Positions 1-8,599 of a stretch of DNA of 64,000 nt are shown here, in pieces. Position numbers and translations under genes: made by a program. The DNA is from a virus. Taxonomy: Duplodnaviria > Caudoviricetes. Where the stretch lies: the IMG/VR virus record IMGVR_UViG_3300023179_006747, positions 112 to 64,111 of that record, one strand, 5' to 3'. The stretch's first letter is position 1; each line of letters begins with the position of its first letter. The notes below the pieces were generated by a model. It had not been told where the DNA came from. It searched no databases and worked only from the letters and a program-made list of their open reading frames with translations.

Positions 1-829
1 CAGTATGAACAACTTCACCATTCTTAATGGGAGAACCAATTGCTCTAATTTTACTTATATCAATACCAATCCCACATCTATTAGCAGTAGCCATACTAAC
101 AGCAGTAGCACTAGCTGTAATACTATCTTTTGTATCATCTACTCCAATTAAGCAACAACTGGCGTAATTTCTACTAGATGTTCTAACTCCTGCCATTACT
201 GGTGTTGGAAGATTAATTTTATGTTTACTAATAGCGTCATAAAATTTTCTAACATAAGAAAGCCTTGTCTCCGCTGGATATTTTGCAAAAGCATAAGCTG
301 AAATTAAGATATAAGCGAACTGAGGCGTTTCGTAAATTTGACCAGTAGTTCTATTCTTAATCAAATATTTGTCGCAAAGTTGTTTGATTCCAGCGTAAGT
401 AAAAATAAAGTCTCTATCGTGATCAATAAATTCTCCAATCTTATTTATCTCATCTTCTGAATAGTGATTCAAAATACTTAAGTCATAAACTTTATTTTTA
501 ATATTTTGGTTTAAAAATTCTAATAATCTAGGAGCGTGTTTACCTTTCCAAACATCTTTTCTAAGTTGATAGTTTAATAATCTTGCTGCAACATATTGAT
601 AATTTGGTTTTTCAATTGAAATTAAATTAGCTGCACTTTCAATTAAAAGATTATGAATTTCTTTCGTGTTAATTCCATCATGAATATTAATCTTAGCATT
701 AATTTCAATATCTGTTAAACTAACTCCACTATAACCATCAATTGCCCAATTGATTACTTTATTTATTTTTTCTATATTAAATTTTTCGGTCGAACCATTT
801 CTTTTTTTAACATTTGTATTTTTATTCAT
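1..829 (-). CDS. nrdA: Ribonucleotide reductase class Ia alpha subunit with N-terminal ATP cone (runs off the window)
   Basis: Not in the ORF track. Manual translation from ATG at 829 gives MNKNTNVKKRNGSTEKFNIEKINKV (ATP cone) ... YETPQF ... INLPTPVMAGVRT ... YASCCLI ... GIGID, open to the window edge. Confidence 0.95.
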   Translation of the reverse strand, partial: MNKNTNVKKRNGSTEKFNIEKINKVINWAIDGYSGVSLTDIEINAKINIHDGINTKEIHNLLIESAANLISIEKPNYQYVAARLLNYQLRKDVWKGKHAPRLLEFLNQNIKNKVYDLSILNHYSEDEINKIGEFIDHDRDFIFTYAGIKQLCDKYLIKNRTTGQIYETPQFAYILISAYAFAKYPAETRLSYVRKFYDAISKHKINLPTPVMAGVRTSSRNYASCCLIGVDDTKDSITASATAVSMATANRCGIGIDISKIRAIGSPIKNGEVVHT

Positions 830-911
830 AATGTAAATAGTGCAAAAACTATATTACATCATTTTTTAATTTAAAGAAAGAAAATTTTAAAAAGTTATAA
901 ACAATTAGCTT

Positions 912-1259
912 TTAGTCGTTTTTAGGGTGTACGCGACCTTTTCTTTTTTTGCTCCAATCAGCTTTGTATTTCTTTTTAACTGGATCTTCGCCACCATAAA
1001 CTTTTTTTCTTTTTTCTGAAAGCTCTGCGCTTTGATCCCAAAGATCTCCAAATGTGCCTTTGCGATTTTTTGTAAACTCTGAAAATTGTTTTTCGGTTGT
1101 TTCTGCTTTTAAAGTTCCATGAGTATTAACTTCTGGAGCAGTAAAAACTCTATTCCATTTTAATCCATTCTTATCTATGTAAGTATGTTCGTCATTTACT
1201 GATTGAACAATATCTATTGTTTCTTTTGTTTTAGGATTAATGTATGTATATAGTGGCAT
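912..1259 (-). CDS. Hypothetical protein with an FmdB-like N-terminus lacking the Cys ligands
   Basis: MPLYTY start resembles the MPxYxY of FmdB-family proteins; basic C-terminus; coupled to the upstream stop. Confidence 0.55.
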   Translation of the reverse strand: MPLYTYINPKTKETIDIVQSVNDEHTYIDKNGLKWNRVFTAPEVNTHGTLKAETTEKQFSEFTKNRKGTFGDLWDQSAELSEKRKKVYGGEDPVKKKYKADWSKKRKGRVHPKND

Positions 1260-2344
1260 TATTTTAAATAGCTTATTACATTTTCAATAAATTTTTCAGA
1301 AGTAAATTCTTGCTGGAGTTTAAATCCTTCTTTATTTACTTTATCATTTTCTACTTTTTTTATTGCTAATTCGCAACCATTAATAAATTCTTCTTCATTG
1401 AAATCATAAATATTGCCTTGATTATATGGCGCCCCTTTATTAAAGAACATACCATCATAAGCTTCAATTTTAGAATTAGGTTGTACTAGGACACTATTAT
1501 TTTCATTTGCCCAAGATTTATATCCATGAGCATCCATTATTACTGCGTGTTTACCCATAGCTACTGAATGAAATTCTGGTAGTCCCCATCCTTCTGCACC
1601 ACTCATTCCTAGTACGATATTAGCGCTATTTAAGAAATCGTTATAGATTTTATTCTGCCCCATGAATGGCAAGAAATTAATGTTAAAATAAGTTTTACCT
1701 TCTAAAGTTTGAGCGATAAGATTATTTTGATCTTCTGGCTTCATAAATGGATTAAAAATGCAGCATTGTAGAGCATATTTTTTATTATTGCCAAATTTTT
1801 TAGCCCAAAGTTTAATTAGCTTTAGGTGATGCTTTCTTTTTTCAAGTTTTCCAACTAAATTAAAAACGATCCTATCATCAACAAAATAAGACTTATCTAT
1901 TCTACTGAAATTATATTTATCAAACGCTAATGGAATATATTCAACATTCTTACATCCAAGGTTTTTAAATATTTCTACTGTTTCTTTTGAGGAAAAAAGT
2001 ACTTTATGATTATTTTTTACAGTATTTAATTCTACTTTTGTTGGTTGATCTAATTCATAGAAACTAAGTAGAACTTGTTCATTAGAATAACTTTCAAATG
2101 AACCATTAAGATGCCAGAGCTTAAATAATTTATTTTTTCTGTTATATGTCTCTAGCGATGAATTTATTGATTGCTGTAACCAATTTCCAAACTCTTGAGT
2201 TAAGTCTGATTGAGTAGATAGATCAACATTACCAATAGGTAAAATACCTACATTAACCTTAGAGGTATATAGTTCTCTAAGAATTAATGTAGATATCTGA
2301 CCAAAACTTACTGAATTTATTGGTAAGTTAAATGTTAAACTCAT
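1259..2344 (-). CDS. GT-B fold (GT4-like) glycosyltransferase
   Basis: GKLEKRKH and EGWGLPEFHSVAMGK motifs, matching GT4 E-G-F/W-G-L-P-x-x-E (second acidic residue replaced). Confidence 0.8.
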   Translation of the reverse strand: MSLTFNLPINSVSFGQISTLILRELYTSKVNVGILPIGNVDLSTQSDLTQEFGNWLQQSINSSLETYNRKNKLFKLWHLNGSFESYSNEQVLLSFYELDQPTKVELNTVKNNHKVLFSSKETVEIFKNLGCKNVEYIPLAFDKYNFSRIDKSYFVDDRIVFNLVGKLEKRKHHLKLIKLWAKKFGNNKKYALQCCIFNPFMKPEDQNNLIAQTLEGKTYFNINFLPFMGQNKIYNDFLNSANIVLGMSGAEGWGLPEFHSVAMGKHAVIMDAHGYKSWANENNSVLVQPNSKIEAYDGMFFNKGAPYNQGNIYDFNEEEFINGCELAIKKVENDKVNKEGFKLQQEFTSEKFIENVISYLK

Positions 2345-2646
2345 AGAATATCATCTTCATCCTCTTGAGGAACTGCTTTAACTTTACTATTTGAAGCAGT
2401 ATTTTCTACAGGTTTAGTTTCTGTAGATTTAGTTTGATTATCAAGAGGTTTAGATATATATAATCTATAATCTGGAGCTTTTTCATTTGTCTTCTTACTA
2501 TTAGCAAAAACTACAACATCAATTCTTTGACCATCATGATCATTTATATAACCAGATAGAAATGACATTCCTGTTTTACTCTTTTTTTTCCAAAGTGCAC
2601 CTAATTCATTTGGATTTTTATTTATATTTTGATTTGTATTATTCAT
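2341..2646 (-). CDS. DUF736-like small protein, putative ssDNA-binding protein
   Basis: GALWKK..GMSFLSG and KxxEKAPDY motifs; acidic tail EDEDDIL. Confidence 0.6.
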   Translation of the reverse strand: MNNTNQNINKNPNELGALWKKKSKTGMSFLSGYINDHDGQRIDVVVFANSKKTNEKAPDYRLYISKPLDNQTKSTETKPVENTASNSKVKAVPQEDEDDIL

Positions 2647-2652
2647 TTTTAT

Positions 2653-2681
2653 ATTGTATACCTTTTATTATATTTTGTCAA
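2653..2681 (-). promoter_or_regulatory. Sigma70-type promoter TTGACA-N17-TACAAT, 6 nt upstream of ATG 2646
   Basis: TGTCAA at 2676-2681 and ATTGTA at 2653-2658 on the + strand; 17-nt spacer. Confidence 0.8.
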
Positions 2682-3261
2682 AAGAATTTTTACTTTCAAC
2701 TTTAATTTTTAATAGTTTGATAGTTTTATTATGAATATTAATAGCAGTTTGTGTGCTTATTTTTAATTTTTTAGCTATTTTATTCCAAGGCATTTTTTTA
2801 TTAGAATCATTTAAATATCGCATTTTAAATATTTTTTCTATTCTATCATCAGAGCAAGCCTCAATAATATTCATAATATATTCATTAATATTTTTATATT
2901 CATTTTGAATTGGTGTATTCTTTTCTATTAAATAATTTAATTTATCCGTTTCTAGAGTTAAATAATGACTATTTTCATTCATACAATTAAGACATTGATA
3001 TCTAATCTGATTATATAACCAAGTTGAAAACTTAGAGTTTTTATTCTCGTCAAAACTTAGTGCCGATTTATATACTATATAATCTTTTTGATCTATTATA
3101 TCTTGAAGATGAACTCCAGATGCAATCATAGGGCTAGAGTATTTTTTATATAAAGAATTACAAAGAGCAGAATGTTTTTGAATTAAAGCCTTTAATGCTT
3201 CTTCGTCATTCTTTTCTTTTATATTCTTTACTAAAGTAATGTCGTCTGTTATTATATTCAT
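2668..3261 (-). CDS. Phage sigma70-family RNA polymerase sigma factor
   Basis: Region 2 FDENKNSKFSTWLYNQIRY and C-terminal HTH MPWNKIAKKLKISTQ. Start moved to the ATG at 3261, just after the upstream stop (track start 3297). Confidence 0.8.
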   Translation of the reverse strand: MNIITDDITLVKNIKEKNDEEALKALIQKHSALCNSLYKKYSSPMIASGVHLQDIIDQKDYIVYKSALSFDENKNSKFSTWLYNQIRYQCLNCMNENSHYLTLETDKLNYLIEKNTPIQNEYKNINEYIMNIIEACSDDRIEKIFKMRYLNDSNKKMPWNKIAKKLKISTQTAINIHNKTIKLLKIKVESKNSFDKI

Positions 3262-3262
3262 A

Positions 3263-3850
3263 TTATTTTTTATTCTGTAAATATTTTTCGTAAACATTTT
3301 TTAATTGCTTTTGCATCAACTCATATAAAAAGTTTACATCTTGACAAGTTTCCCAAGCTATACTTATATCAGATACAGCTTTAAGTTTATTGTCGTTTGA
3401 TTTTTCTTCTATATTAGCTGGTGGTATTAAAGAACCATCGTCTAGTTTTCTTGATATATGAACTAAAATACCATTATGAGATTTTAACCAAGAATACTCA
3501 TCATCTTTATATTCTATATATCTTACATCTGTTATTATTGGTACAATATTGCTGCCAATTAATTTATTTACTTCTGGTTCAATTGTAGAAGTCCAGTATT
3601 TTCCTTCTGTTTGGATTCTTCTACATTTTCCATAAGCGACCATAAGTGGTCGCACTACTTCTTTATTTTCTGCTGTGCAATTTAATAAATCTATATTGAA
3701 TTTATCTTTAGTAAAATCATATAGTTCATTTTTTAATGCATCAGCAAAAGCTAGTCTTTGGGATTTAATCCCCTTTTCTTCTAGATATCTTTTTAAGATA
3801 GAATAAAAAGTATCTTTTCCAGATCGAGCTACTCCAGTTAATCCAATCAT
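3263..3850 (-). CDS. Deoxynucleoside monophosphate kinase
   Basis: IGLTGVARSGKDT P-loop, FADALK and ITDVRY motifs of T4 gp1/T5-like dNMP kinases. Confidence 0.85.
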   Translation of the reverse strand: MIGLTGVARSGKDTFYSILKRYLEEKGIKSQRLAFADALKNELYDFTKDKFNIDLLNCTAENKEVVRPLMVAYGKCRRIQTEGKYWTSTIEPEVNKLIGSNIVPIITDVRYIEYKDDEYSWLKSHNGILVHISRKLDDGSLIPPANIEEKSNDNKLKAVSDISIAWETCQDVNFLYELMQKQLKNVYEKYLQNKK

Positions 3851-3853
3851 TCG

Positions 3854-4339
3854 TTATTCTCCATAAGATATATCTCCAGTTCCATCATACTTTGGATAAT
3901 TTTCTCCAGTACGAATTTCTTGGGTTCGTACTTGAGTTTGTATGTTTTGCTTTAAAGCTTTGGTATCTACATTAGGGTCAATATTTTTTGCTTCAAAAGG
4001 TTGAGTGAATATTGTACCATGAGATTGATTAGTTGATTTGTAATCAGTTTTATATGTCCTATACATTTTATTATTAATAATATAATATTCTGGAAAAGGT
4101 TTAGAGAATATAGTTCCATGAGACTGATTGGTTCCATTTCCGCCTCCAGTTTTGTAAGTTTGGTATACTTCTATTCCTCTAGCGGTTTTAATATAATTAA
4201 ATTCTTGAAATGGTTTATTGAAAATTGTTCCATGTGATTCATTTGTTCCACCACCTGTAGTTTTATAAGTTTCGTATACGACTCCAGATTGAGCTATTGC
4301 AAAATTAGCTATAAATGATAATAGTATTATATATTTCAT
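3854..4339 (-). CDS. Secreted hypothetical protein with three ~26-aa repeats
   Basis: Signal peptide MKYIILLSFIANFAIA; three copies of YxTYKT..TNxSHGTIFxxPF. Confidence 0.7.
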   Translation of the reverse strand: MKYIILLSFIANFAIAQSGVVYETYKTTGGGTNESHGTIFNKPFQEFNYIKTARGIEVYQTYKTGGGNGTNQSHGTIFSKPFPEYYIINNKMYRTYKTDYKSTNQSHGTIFTQPFEAKNIDPNVDTKALKQNIQTQVRTQEIRTGENYPKYDGTGDISYGE

Positions 4340-4749
4340 ATTTTAATTAATTCTATATTATAAAATTTGAATATCTCTTTAGCTATAGAGTCCTTTTCGT
4401 ATTCTTCTGAGTATATCACACTTTTAACTCCATATGCAACAATATTAGTAGCACAATTTGAGCAGGGTAATAAAGTAGAGGCTAATAAATATGGTTCATC
4501 TCCTCTTTTCACTAATGATAAAGCATTAATTTCTGCATGAATCATATATTTCCTTCTATTATCTCTATCATTAAAGAAATCTTCATTAATATTAAATTTA
4601 GGCAATAAACCATTATATCCTACAGATAATACTCTGCCATCTTTATTTAAGATACATACTCCAACTTTTTTATATGGATCTTCTGATCTGCTTGACCAAA
4701 TTTTAGCAGTTTCAATCGCGGCTTCAATAAATGATATTCTGTTATTCAT
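4336..4749 (-). CDS. dCMP deaminase
   Basis: HAEINAL and PCSNC zinc motifs; SEDPYKKVG and GYNG motifs. Confidence 0.92.
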   Translation of the reverse strand: MNNRISFIEAAIETAKIWSSRSEDPYKKVGVCILNKDGRVLSVGYNGLLPKFNINEDFFNDRDNRRKYMIHAEINALSLVKRGDEPYLLASTLLPCSNCATNIVAYGVKSVIYSEEYEKDSIAKEIFKFYNIELIKI

Positions 4750-4817
4750 TTTTTAGAAAAATACCAATTTACTGCTATACCAATTCCTATTACTATACAT
4801 ATAATTGTTTGTAGCAT
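4746..4817 (-). CDS. 23-aa single-TM micro-protein MLQTIICIVIGIGIAVNWYFSKK
   Basis: ATG lies 8 nt after the promoter TTGACT-N17-TAAGAT (4826-4854). Its TGA overlaps the dCMP deaminase ATG (ATGA). Confidence 0.6.
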   Translation of the reverse strand: MLQTIICIVIGIGIAVNWYFSKK

Positions 4818-4825
4818 AAGATTAT

Positions 4826-4891
4826 ATCTTAAATCTTTTTTATTTTTAAGTCAATTATTTTCTTGATTCTTTATAAAGAATAGTTTAACAT
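4826..4891. promoter_or_regulatory. Divergent sigma70 promoter pair
   Basis: Minus strand: TTGACT(4854-4849)-N17-TAAGAT(4831-4826). Plus strand: TTGATT(4863-4868)-N17-TAACAT(4886-4891), 6 nt before ATG 4898. Confidence 0.7.
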
Positions 4892-4897
4892 AATGAA

Positions 4898-6007
4898 ATG
4901 CAAAAACAAGAATTTAAAGAAGCTTTAAGTTACGATGATATTTCGTTACTTCCAAATTTTTCAAATATTACCTCAAGAAAAGAAGTAAATACTACTACTA
5001 AAATTTCGAGAAATTGTAGTATCAAGATTCCGATTATTCTTTCTCCAATGGATACAGTATCTTCTGTCAAGTCTTGTATTAAAATGAATAAACTTGGCGC
5101 AGCTGGAGTTTTGCATAGATTCATGCCTGTTGATGATCAAAGATCTAAAGCTAAAATTATTAAAGATGAAAGTGATTTTTGTGTTACTGCTATTGGTTTA
5201 AAAGATGCAGAAGAAAGAATTAGGGCTACTAGTACTTTTACTAATGTTTACTTTTTAGATACCGCAAATGGTTTAGCTAAAAATGTAGAAGATTTTCTAA
5301 GATGGTATAAAACTTCTGGATTTTCTCAAGATGTTATTGTAGGTAATACTTTAACGAAAGAAAGTGTTTATAGATTAGCTAATCTTAAAGCAGATGGTTT
5401 TAGGCATTTGATTGGTCCAGGTTCTATGTGTTTAACTCAAGTTAAAACTGGAATTGGATGCCCAAGTTTAACTGGTAATTATTACGCTTGGAAAGCTGTA
5501 AGAAATTGGGAGCTTTCTCAAGTTGATTTATTTAAACAAGATAAACCCAATCCATCTCATAGACCTAGTATTCTTGCTGATGGTGGAATTAGATATCCAA
5601 AAGATTTAGTTAAAGCTATTGCTAGTGGATGTGATGCTGTTATTTGTGGCAGAATTTTTGCTGGACTATCTGATATTGTTGATGATGAAAATATCATTGA
5701 AATAGATGGTAAAAGATTTGCCAAGTATAGAGGTATGGCTAGTCAAGATGTTGTTGAAGATTATGATCTATATGATGGAACAAAAAAGAATTTATTTGTA
5801 GAAGGAGATAATACTTTAATTCCTATTATTGAAAATAAATCTATTGAAGATATTGTTTATGATTTTACTAATGGCTTAAGAAGCGCTATGAGTTATCTTG
5901 GATTTAGGAATTTACAAGATATGCGTGGTGGTTTATGGAATAATACTATACAAGCTGTTAGAAATAGTCCAAATAGTATGTATGAGGGATTTGCTCATGG
6001 AAAATAA
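4898..6007 (+). CDS. guaB: IMP dehydrogenase / GMP reductase family protein without CBS domains
   Basis: LSYDDI, SPMDTV, catalytic IGPGSMCLT, ADGGIR, YRGMAS, VEG and GLRSAMSYLG motifs. GuaB versus GuaC cannot be settled by eye. Confidence 0.85.
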   Translation: MQKQEFKEALSYDDISLLPNFSNITSRKEVNTTTKISRNCSIKIPIILSPMDTVSSVKSCIKMNKLGAAGVLHRFMPVDDQRSKAKIIKDESDFCVTAIGLKDAEERIRATSTFTNVYFLDTANGLAKNVEDFLRWYKTSGFSQDVIVGNTLTKESVYRLANLKADGFRHLIGPGSMCLTQVKTGIGCPSLTGNYYAWKAVRNWELSQVDLFKQDKPNPSHRPSILADGGIRYPKDLVKAIASGCDAVICGRIFAGLSDIVDDENIIEIDGKRFAKYRGMASQDVVEDYDLYDGTKKNLFVEGDNTLIPIIENKSIEDIVYDFTNGLRSAMSYLGFRNLQDMRGGLWNNTIQAVRNSPNSMYEGFAHGK

Positions 6008-6042
6008 TTGATTTAAATTAACAAATACCTTATAATATAAAA

Positions 6043-6294
6043 ATGAATAAAGACAATATAGATAAATTAACTTCGATTGAATATGCTAGGGCAACTGAAT
6101 TTAGTCCAATAGTTAGAATATACCCTAAAATACCAAGAAATGCAGTTTGCCCTAGTACTGGAAAAAAATTTAAACATTGTTGTGGTCAATTAAATCAAGA
6201 TTTTTGTGAAAAAGCTAAAGATGCTCTAAAAGAACATCTTATGAAAATGGTAAATGAAAAAGAAGAACAAAACAAAAAAGACGAAACCAGCTAA
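6043..6294 (+). CDS. Small SEC-C-motif (zinc-binding) protein
   Basis: PRNAVCPSTGKKFKHCCG resembles SEC-C (RNxPCxCGSGKKYKxCC). Promoter TTGATT-N17-TATAAT at 6008-6036. Confidence 0.7.
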   Translation: MNKDNIDKLTSIEYARATEFSPIVRIYPKIPRNAVCPSTGKKFKHCCGQLNQDFCEKAKDALKEHLMKMVNEKEEQNKKDETS

Positions 6295-6433
6295 ATATTA
6301 CGCTGTATATAGCAAAAGTGACAATTTTCTTCATGGAGTATTTCCTCCATCTAAGGAAGGATTGCTTAAAGCTAAAGCTCATATTCTTAAGATAGATCCT
6401 TCTAACAAAAATTATAAAATTAAGAAATACTAA
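6254..6433 (+). CDS. 59-aa basic hypothetical protein
   Basis: Manual translation MKKKNKTKKTKPAKYYAVYSKSDNFLHGVFPPSKEGLLKAKAHILKIDPSNKNYKIKKY. It fills the gap and its stop overlaps the convergent gene's stop. Confidence 0.6.
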   Translation: MKKKNKTKKTKPAKYYAVYSKSDNFLHGVFPPSKEGLLKAKAHILKIDPSNKNYKIKKY

Positions 6434-7416
6434 TTCTTTATATTTGGATCTGCTAGATCTGGATTGTGTTGAGCTTTGGTTCCTCGTTTGAAATTCTTAT
6501 GTAAATTTTCATATATTACTTTAAATGTGCCTAATGGTTTTTTAGTGATATCTTGAATTTTTTGTTCTAATTTTATATCTTGTTGATTTTCTACTTTTTT
6601 AATAATTGAATTATAAGCTATAACTAAACATACTGCTAATGGATCAAAAACAATAACAATTAATATAATGAATATTCTAACTGCTGTTTCTATTTTTAAT
6701 CCAAATGCATCTGCTACAAATTTAAATGTGCCAATTTCACCTTTTGTATTATCACTTTCAAGTTTCATTATTTCTTGACTATTCTCTAGGCTTTGTTTTT
6801 CTAAATTTTGAAGATCAGAAGTTACTGTAGATATTTGAGAAAATAAATTATTAATATTACTTTGAGATCCTTCAACTATCTTATTTTTGCTTTCTACTAA
6901 TTTAATATCTGTTACTTTTTCAGTTTTAGCAGAACTAAAGAATCCTCCACCAGTAGTTTTAGTAGTAGTAACATCTTGTTTAACAGCATTATCTAAAGAT
7001 ATTTGATATGTTTTTTGTAATTCTACAAGATCTTTGAGTTTATTTTTATTGAAATCTATTTGTGAAATATAAAAATTTTGTTGAGATTTTAAACTTTGTA
7101 TTTTATTTAAATTTAAAGAATATTGAGAAAAATTACGTTGAAAAGCATCAGAGAGAAAACCAAAGATACCAAGGCTAGTTATGCACATAAGCAGTATAGT
7201 AGCAGACAGCATATATTTTTTAAGTAAATCATGTATTACTGACCAATATCTATAAAGATAACTTGCACTAACTAATTTAGCTATTTCTAGACTTCCAGCC
7301 ATTATTCCAACGCCCCAAAAACTAGCTGCAAAAAGCAGAGCTATTCCTTTAACTGAAAAAAATGCAGCGCAAGAAGCTAATAAGAAGGCTGATAATCCAA
7401 GTATATATTTAAACAT
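6430..7416 (-). CDS. Membrane protein with 3 N-terminal TMs, a coiled coil and a C-terminal TM
   Basis: Hydrophobic segments, LEIAKLV and IVIVFDPLAV motifs; GTGTAA motif upstream. Confidence 0.75.
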   Translation of the reverse strand: MFKYILGLSAFLLASCAAFFSVKGIALLFAASFWGVGIMAGSLEIAKLVSASYLYRYWSVIHDLLKKYMLSATILLMCITSLGIFGFLSDAFQRNFSQYSLNLNKIQSLKSQQNFYISQIDFNKNKLKDLVELQKTYQISLDNAVKQDVTTTKTTGGGFFSSAKTEKVTDIKLVESKNKIVEGSQSNINNLFSQISTVTSDLQNLEKQSLENSQEIMKLESDNTKGEIGTFKFVADAFGLKIETAVRIFIILIVIVFDPLAVCLVIAYNSIIKKVENQQDIKLEQKIQDITKKPLGTFKVIYENLHKNFKRGTKAQHNPDLADPNIKN

Positions 7417-7458
7417 AATATTTAATCTAAATTACACTTTTAAAATGTAATAATATTA

Positions 7459-7974
7459 GTGATAGTATCTGAAAGAGATATTGATTTCTTTGCTAAAAAA
7501 TTGGACTTATCTCCAGAAAAAGCATTTTTACTAATCCAAGATCCAGATTGTTTGCCAGAAATATTAAATAAAATTTCAGAAGAAGATATAGATGGGATTG
7601 TTGATATAAGTTTTCCAGTATTTGCAGAAATAACTATTATAAAATATAGTAAAGATTTAAAATATTCATTTGAAGAAAAAGAATATGTCTCAGAAGCAGT
7701 TGGTTTAAAATTCTATGATTTAATTGGAGAGCCTATTTTTAAAAAATCTATACTAGAATTCAAACATGACGAAGATACAGCTAAATCACTTTTAGTATTT
7801 TTAGGATTTTTTTATAAAAACTTACATAAAGCAAGAAGAGCTTATCCATCAGAAAATATATATTATAATATAGCAAAAAATGGATTTGAAAATTCAGACA
7901 AAATACATATATCAGAACATCTTAAAGACTGGATTAAAATATTAAGAATAATACATAATGAAGTTTGGTTTTAA
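7459..7974 (+). CDS. Hypothetical protein
   Basis: 171-aa ORF with phage-like composition; no motif recognised. Confidence 0.65.
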   Translation: MIVSERDIDFFAKKLDLSPEKAFLLIQDPDCLPEILNKISEEDIDGIVDISFPVFAEITIIKYSKDLKYSFEEKEYVSEAVGLKFYDLIGEPIFKKSILEFKHDEDTAKSLLVFLGFFYKNLHKARRAYPSENIYYNIAKNGFENSDKIHISEHLKDWIKILRIIHNEVWF

Positions 7975-7984
7975 TACGATATCC

Positions 7985-8303
7985 TAATTATTTAACTTTT
8001 CTTTGATATCCAAAAGGGCTTTACCTCCAGATTTTAAATATCTGAAGTTGGGTATTATCAATCCAACTTTTCTTTTGACTCCAAATTTCACCACGATCTC
8101 AGTGATGAATGGGCCATCGCACTTACGGATCAGAGGTAGCTTCGATCACTACATTCTGCGATGCCTATAGCTACATTCCCCTTATTAGCCATATAATGTA
8201 CATATAAAGGTTTTAATAGTCGTCAGCCCTTGGGACGTTGCTATCTCAAGGATTGATAGTTGATTTTTTGACATCAACAAACTGCTCTAATTGGGAACTA
8301 TGT
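7985..8303 (-). ncRNA. Candidate structured non-coding RNA of unknown family
   Basis: No long ORF, GC-enriched, at least seven stems. Several stems contain G-U pairs only on the minus strand. It sits directly downstream of TTGACA-N17-TATTAT. Boundaries are approximate. Confidence 0.55.
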
Positions 8304-8309
8304 TAATTT

Positions 8310-8352
8310 ATAATATATTAAGTTTGAGGTTTTGTCAAATTTTATTTATAAT
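8310..8352. promoter_or_regulatory. Overlapping divergent sigma70 promoters
   Basis: Minus strand: TTGACA(8338-8333)-N17-TATTAT(8315-8310). Plus strand: TTGAGG(8324-8329)-N17-TATAAT(8347-8352). Confidence 0.75.
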
Positions 8353-8360
8353 CAATATAA

Positions 8361-8570
8361 ATGGAAATTATAAAAAATAAAGCTAGATGGTCAGTTTATG
8401 CAAATAAATGTGTTAAGCATTATAATATCTCTAATGATAATATTTATGATGAACCAGAGCAATATCCATGTATCGCAATACCCCAGTTAATTTCTGATAT
8501 AAATGGATCAAGAGTTAAATTTAATTTTGTTTATAAAAAAGATTGTCAAAAATTATTAAAAGCTTTATAA
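8361..8570 (+). CDS. Hypothetical protein
   Basis: 69-aa ORF starting 8 nt after TATAAT. Confidence 0.65.
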   Translation: MEIIKNKARWSVYANKCVKHYNISNDNIYDEPEQYPCIAIPQLISDINGSRVKFNFVYKKDCQKLLKAL

Positions 8571-8599
8571 TGTGTAAGATTAGTTAGTTCTTTCACATT

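Noticed and set aside
7985-8303. Assignment of the structured region to RNase P, group I/II intron, hammerhead, SRP or tRNA
   Set aside because: The diagnostic cores (GAGGAAAGUCC, intron P7 or domain V, CUGAUGA..GAAA, cloverleaf) could not be found on either strand. Its short internal ORFs (about 20 aa or less on the minus strand) lack start context.
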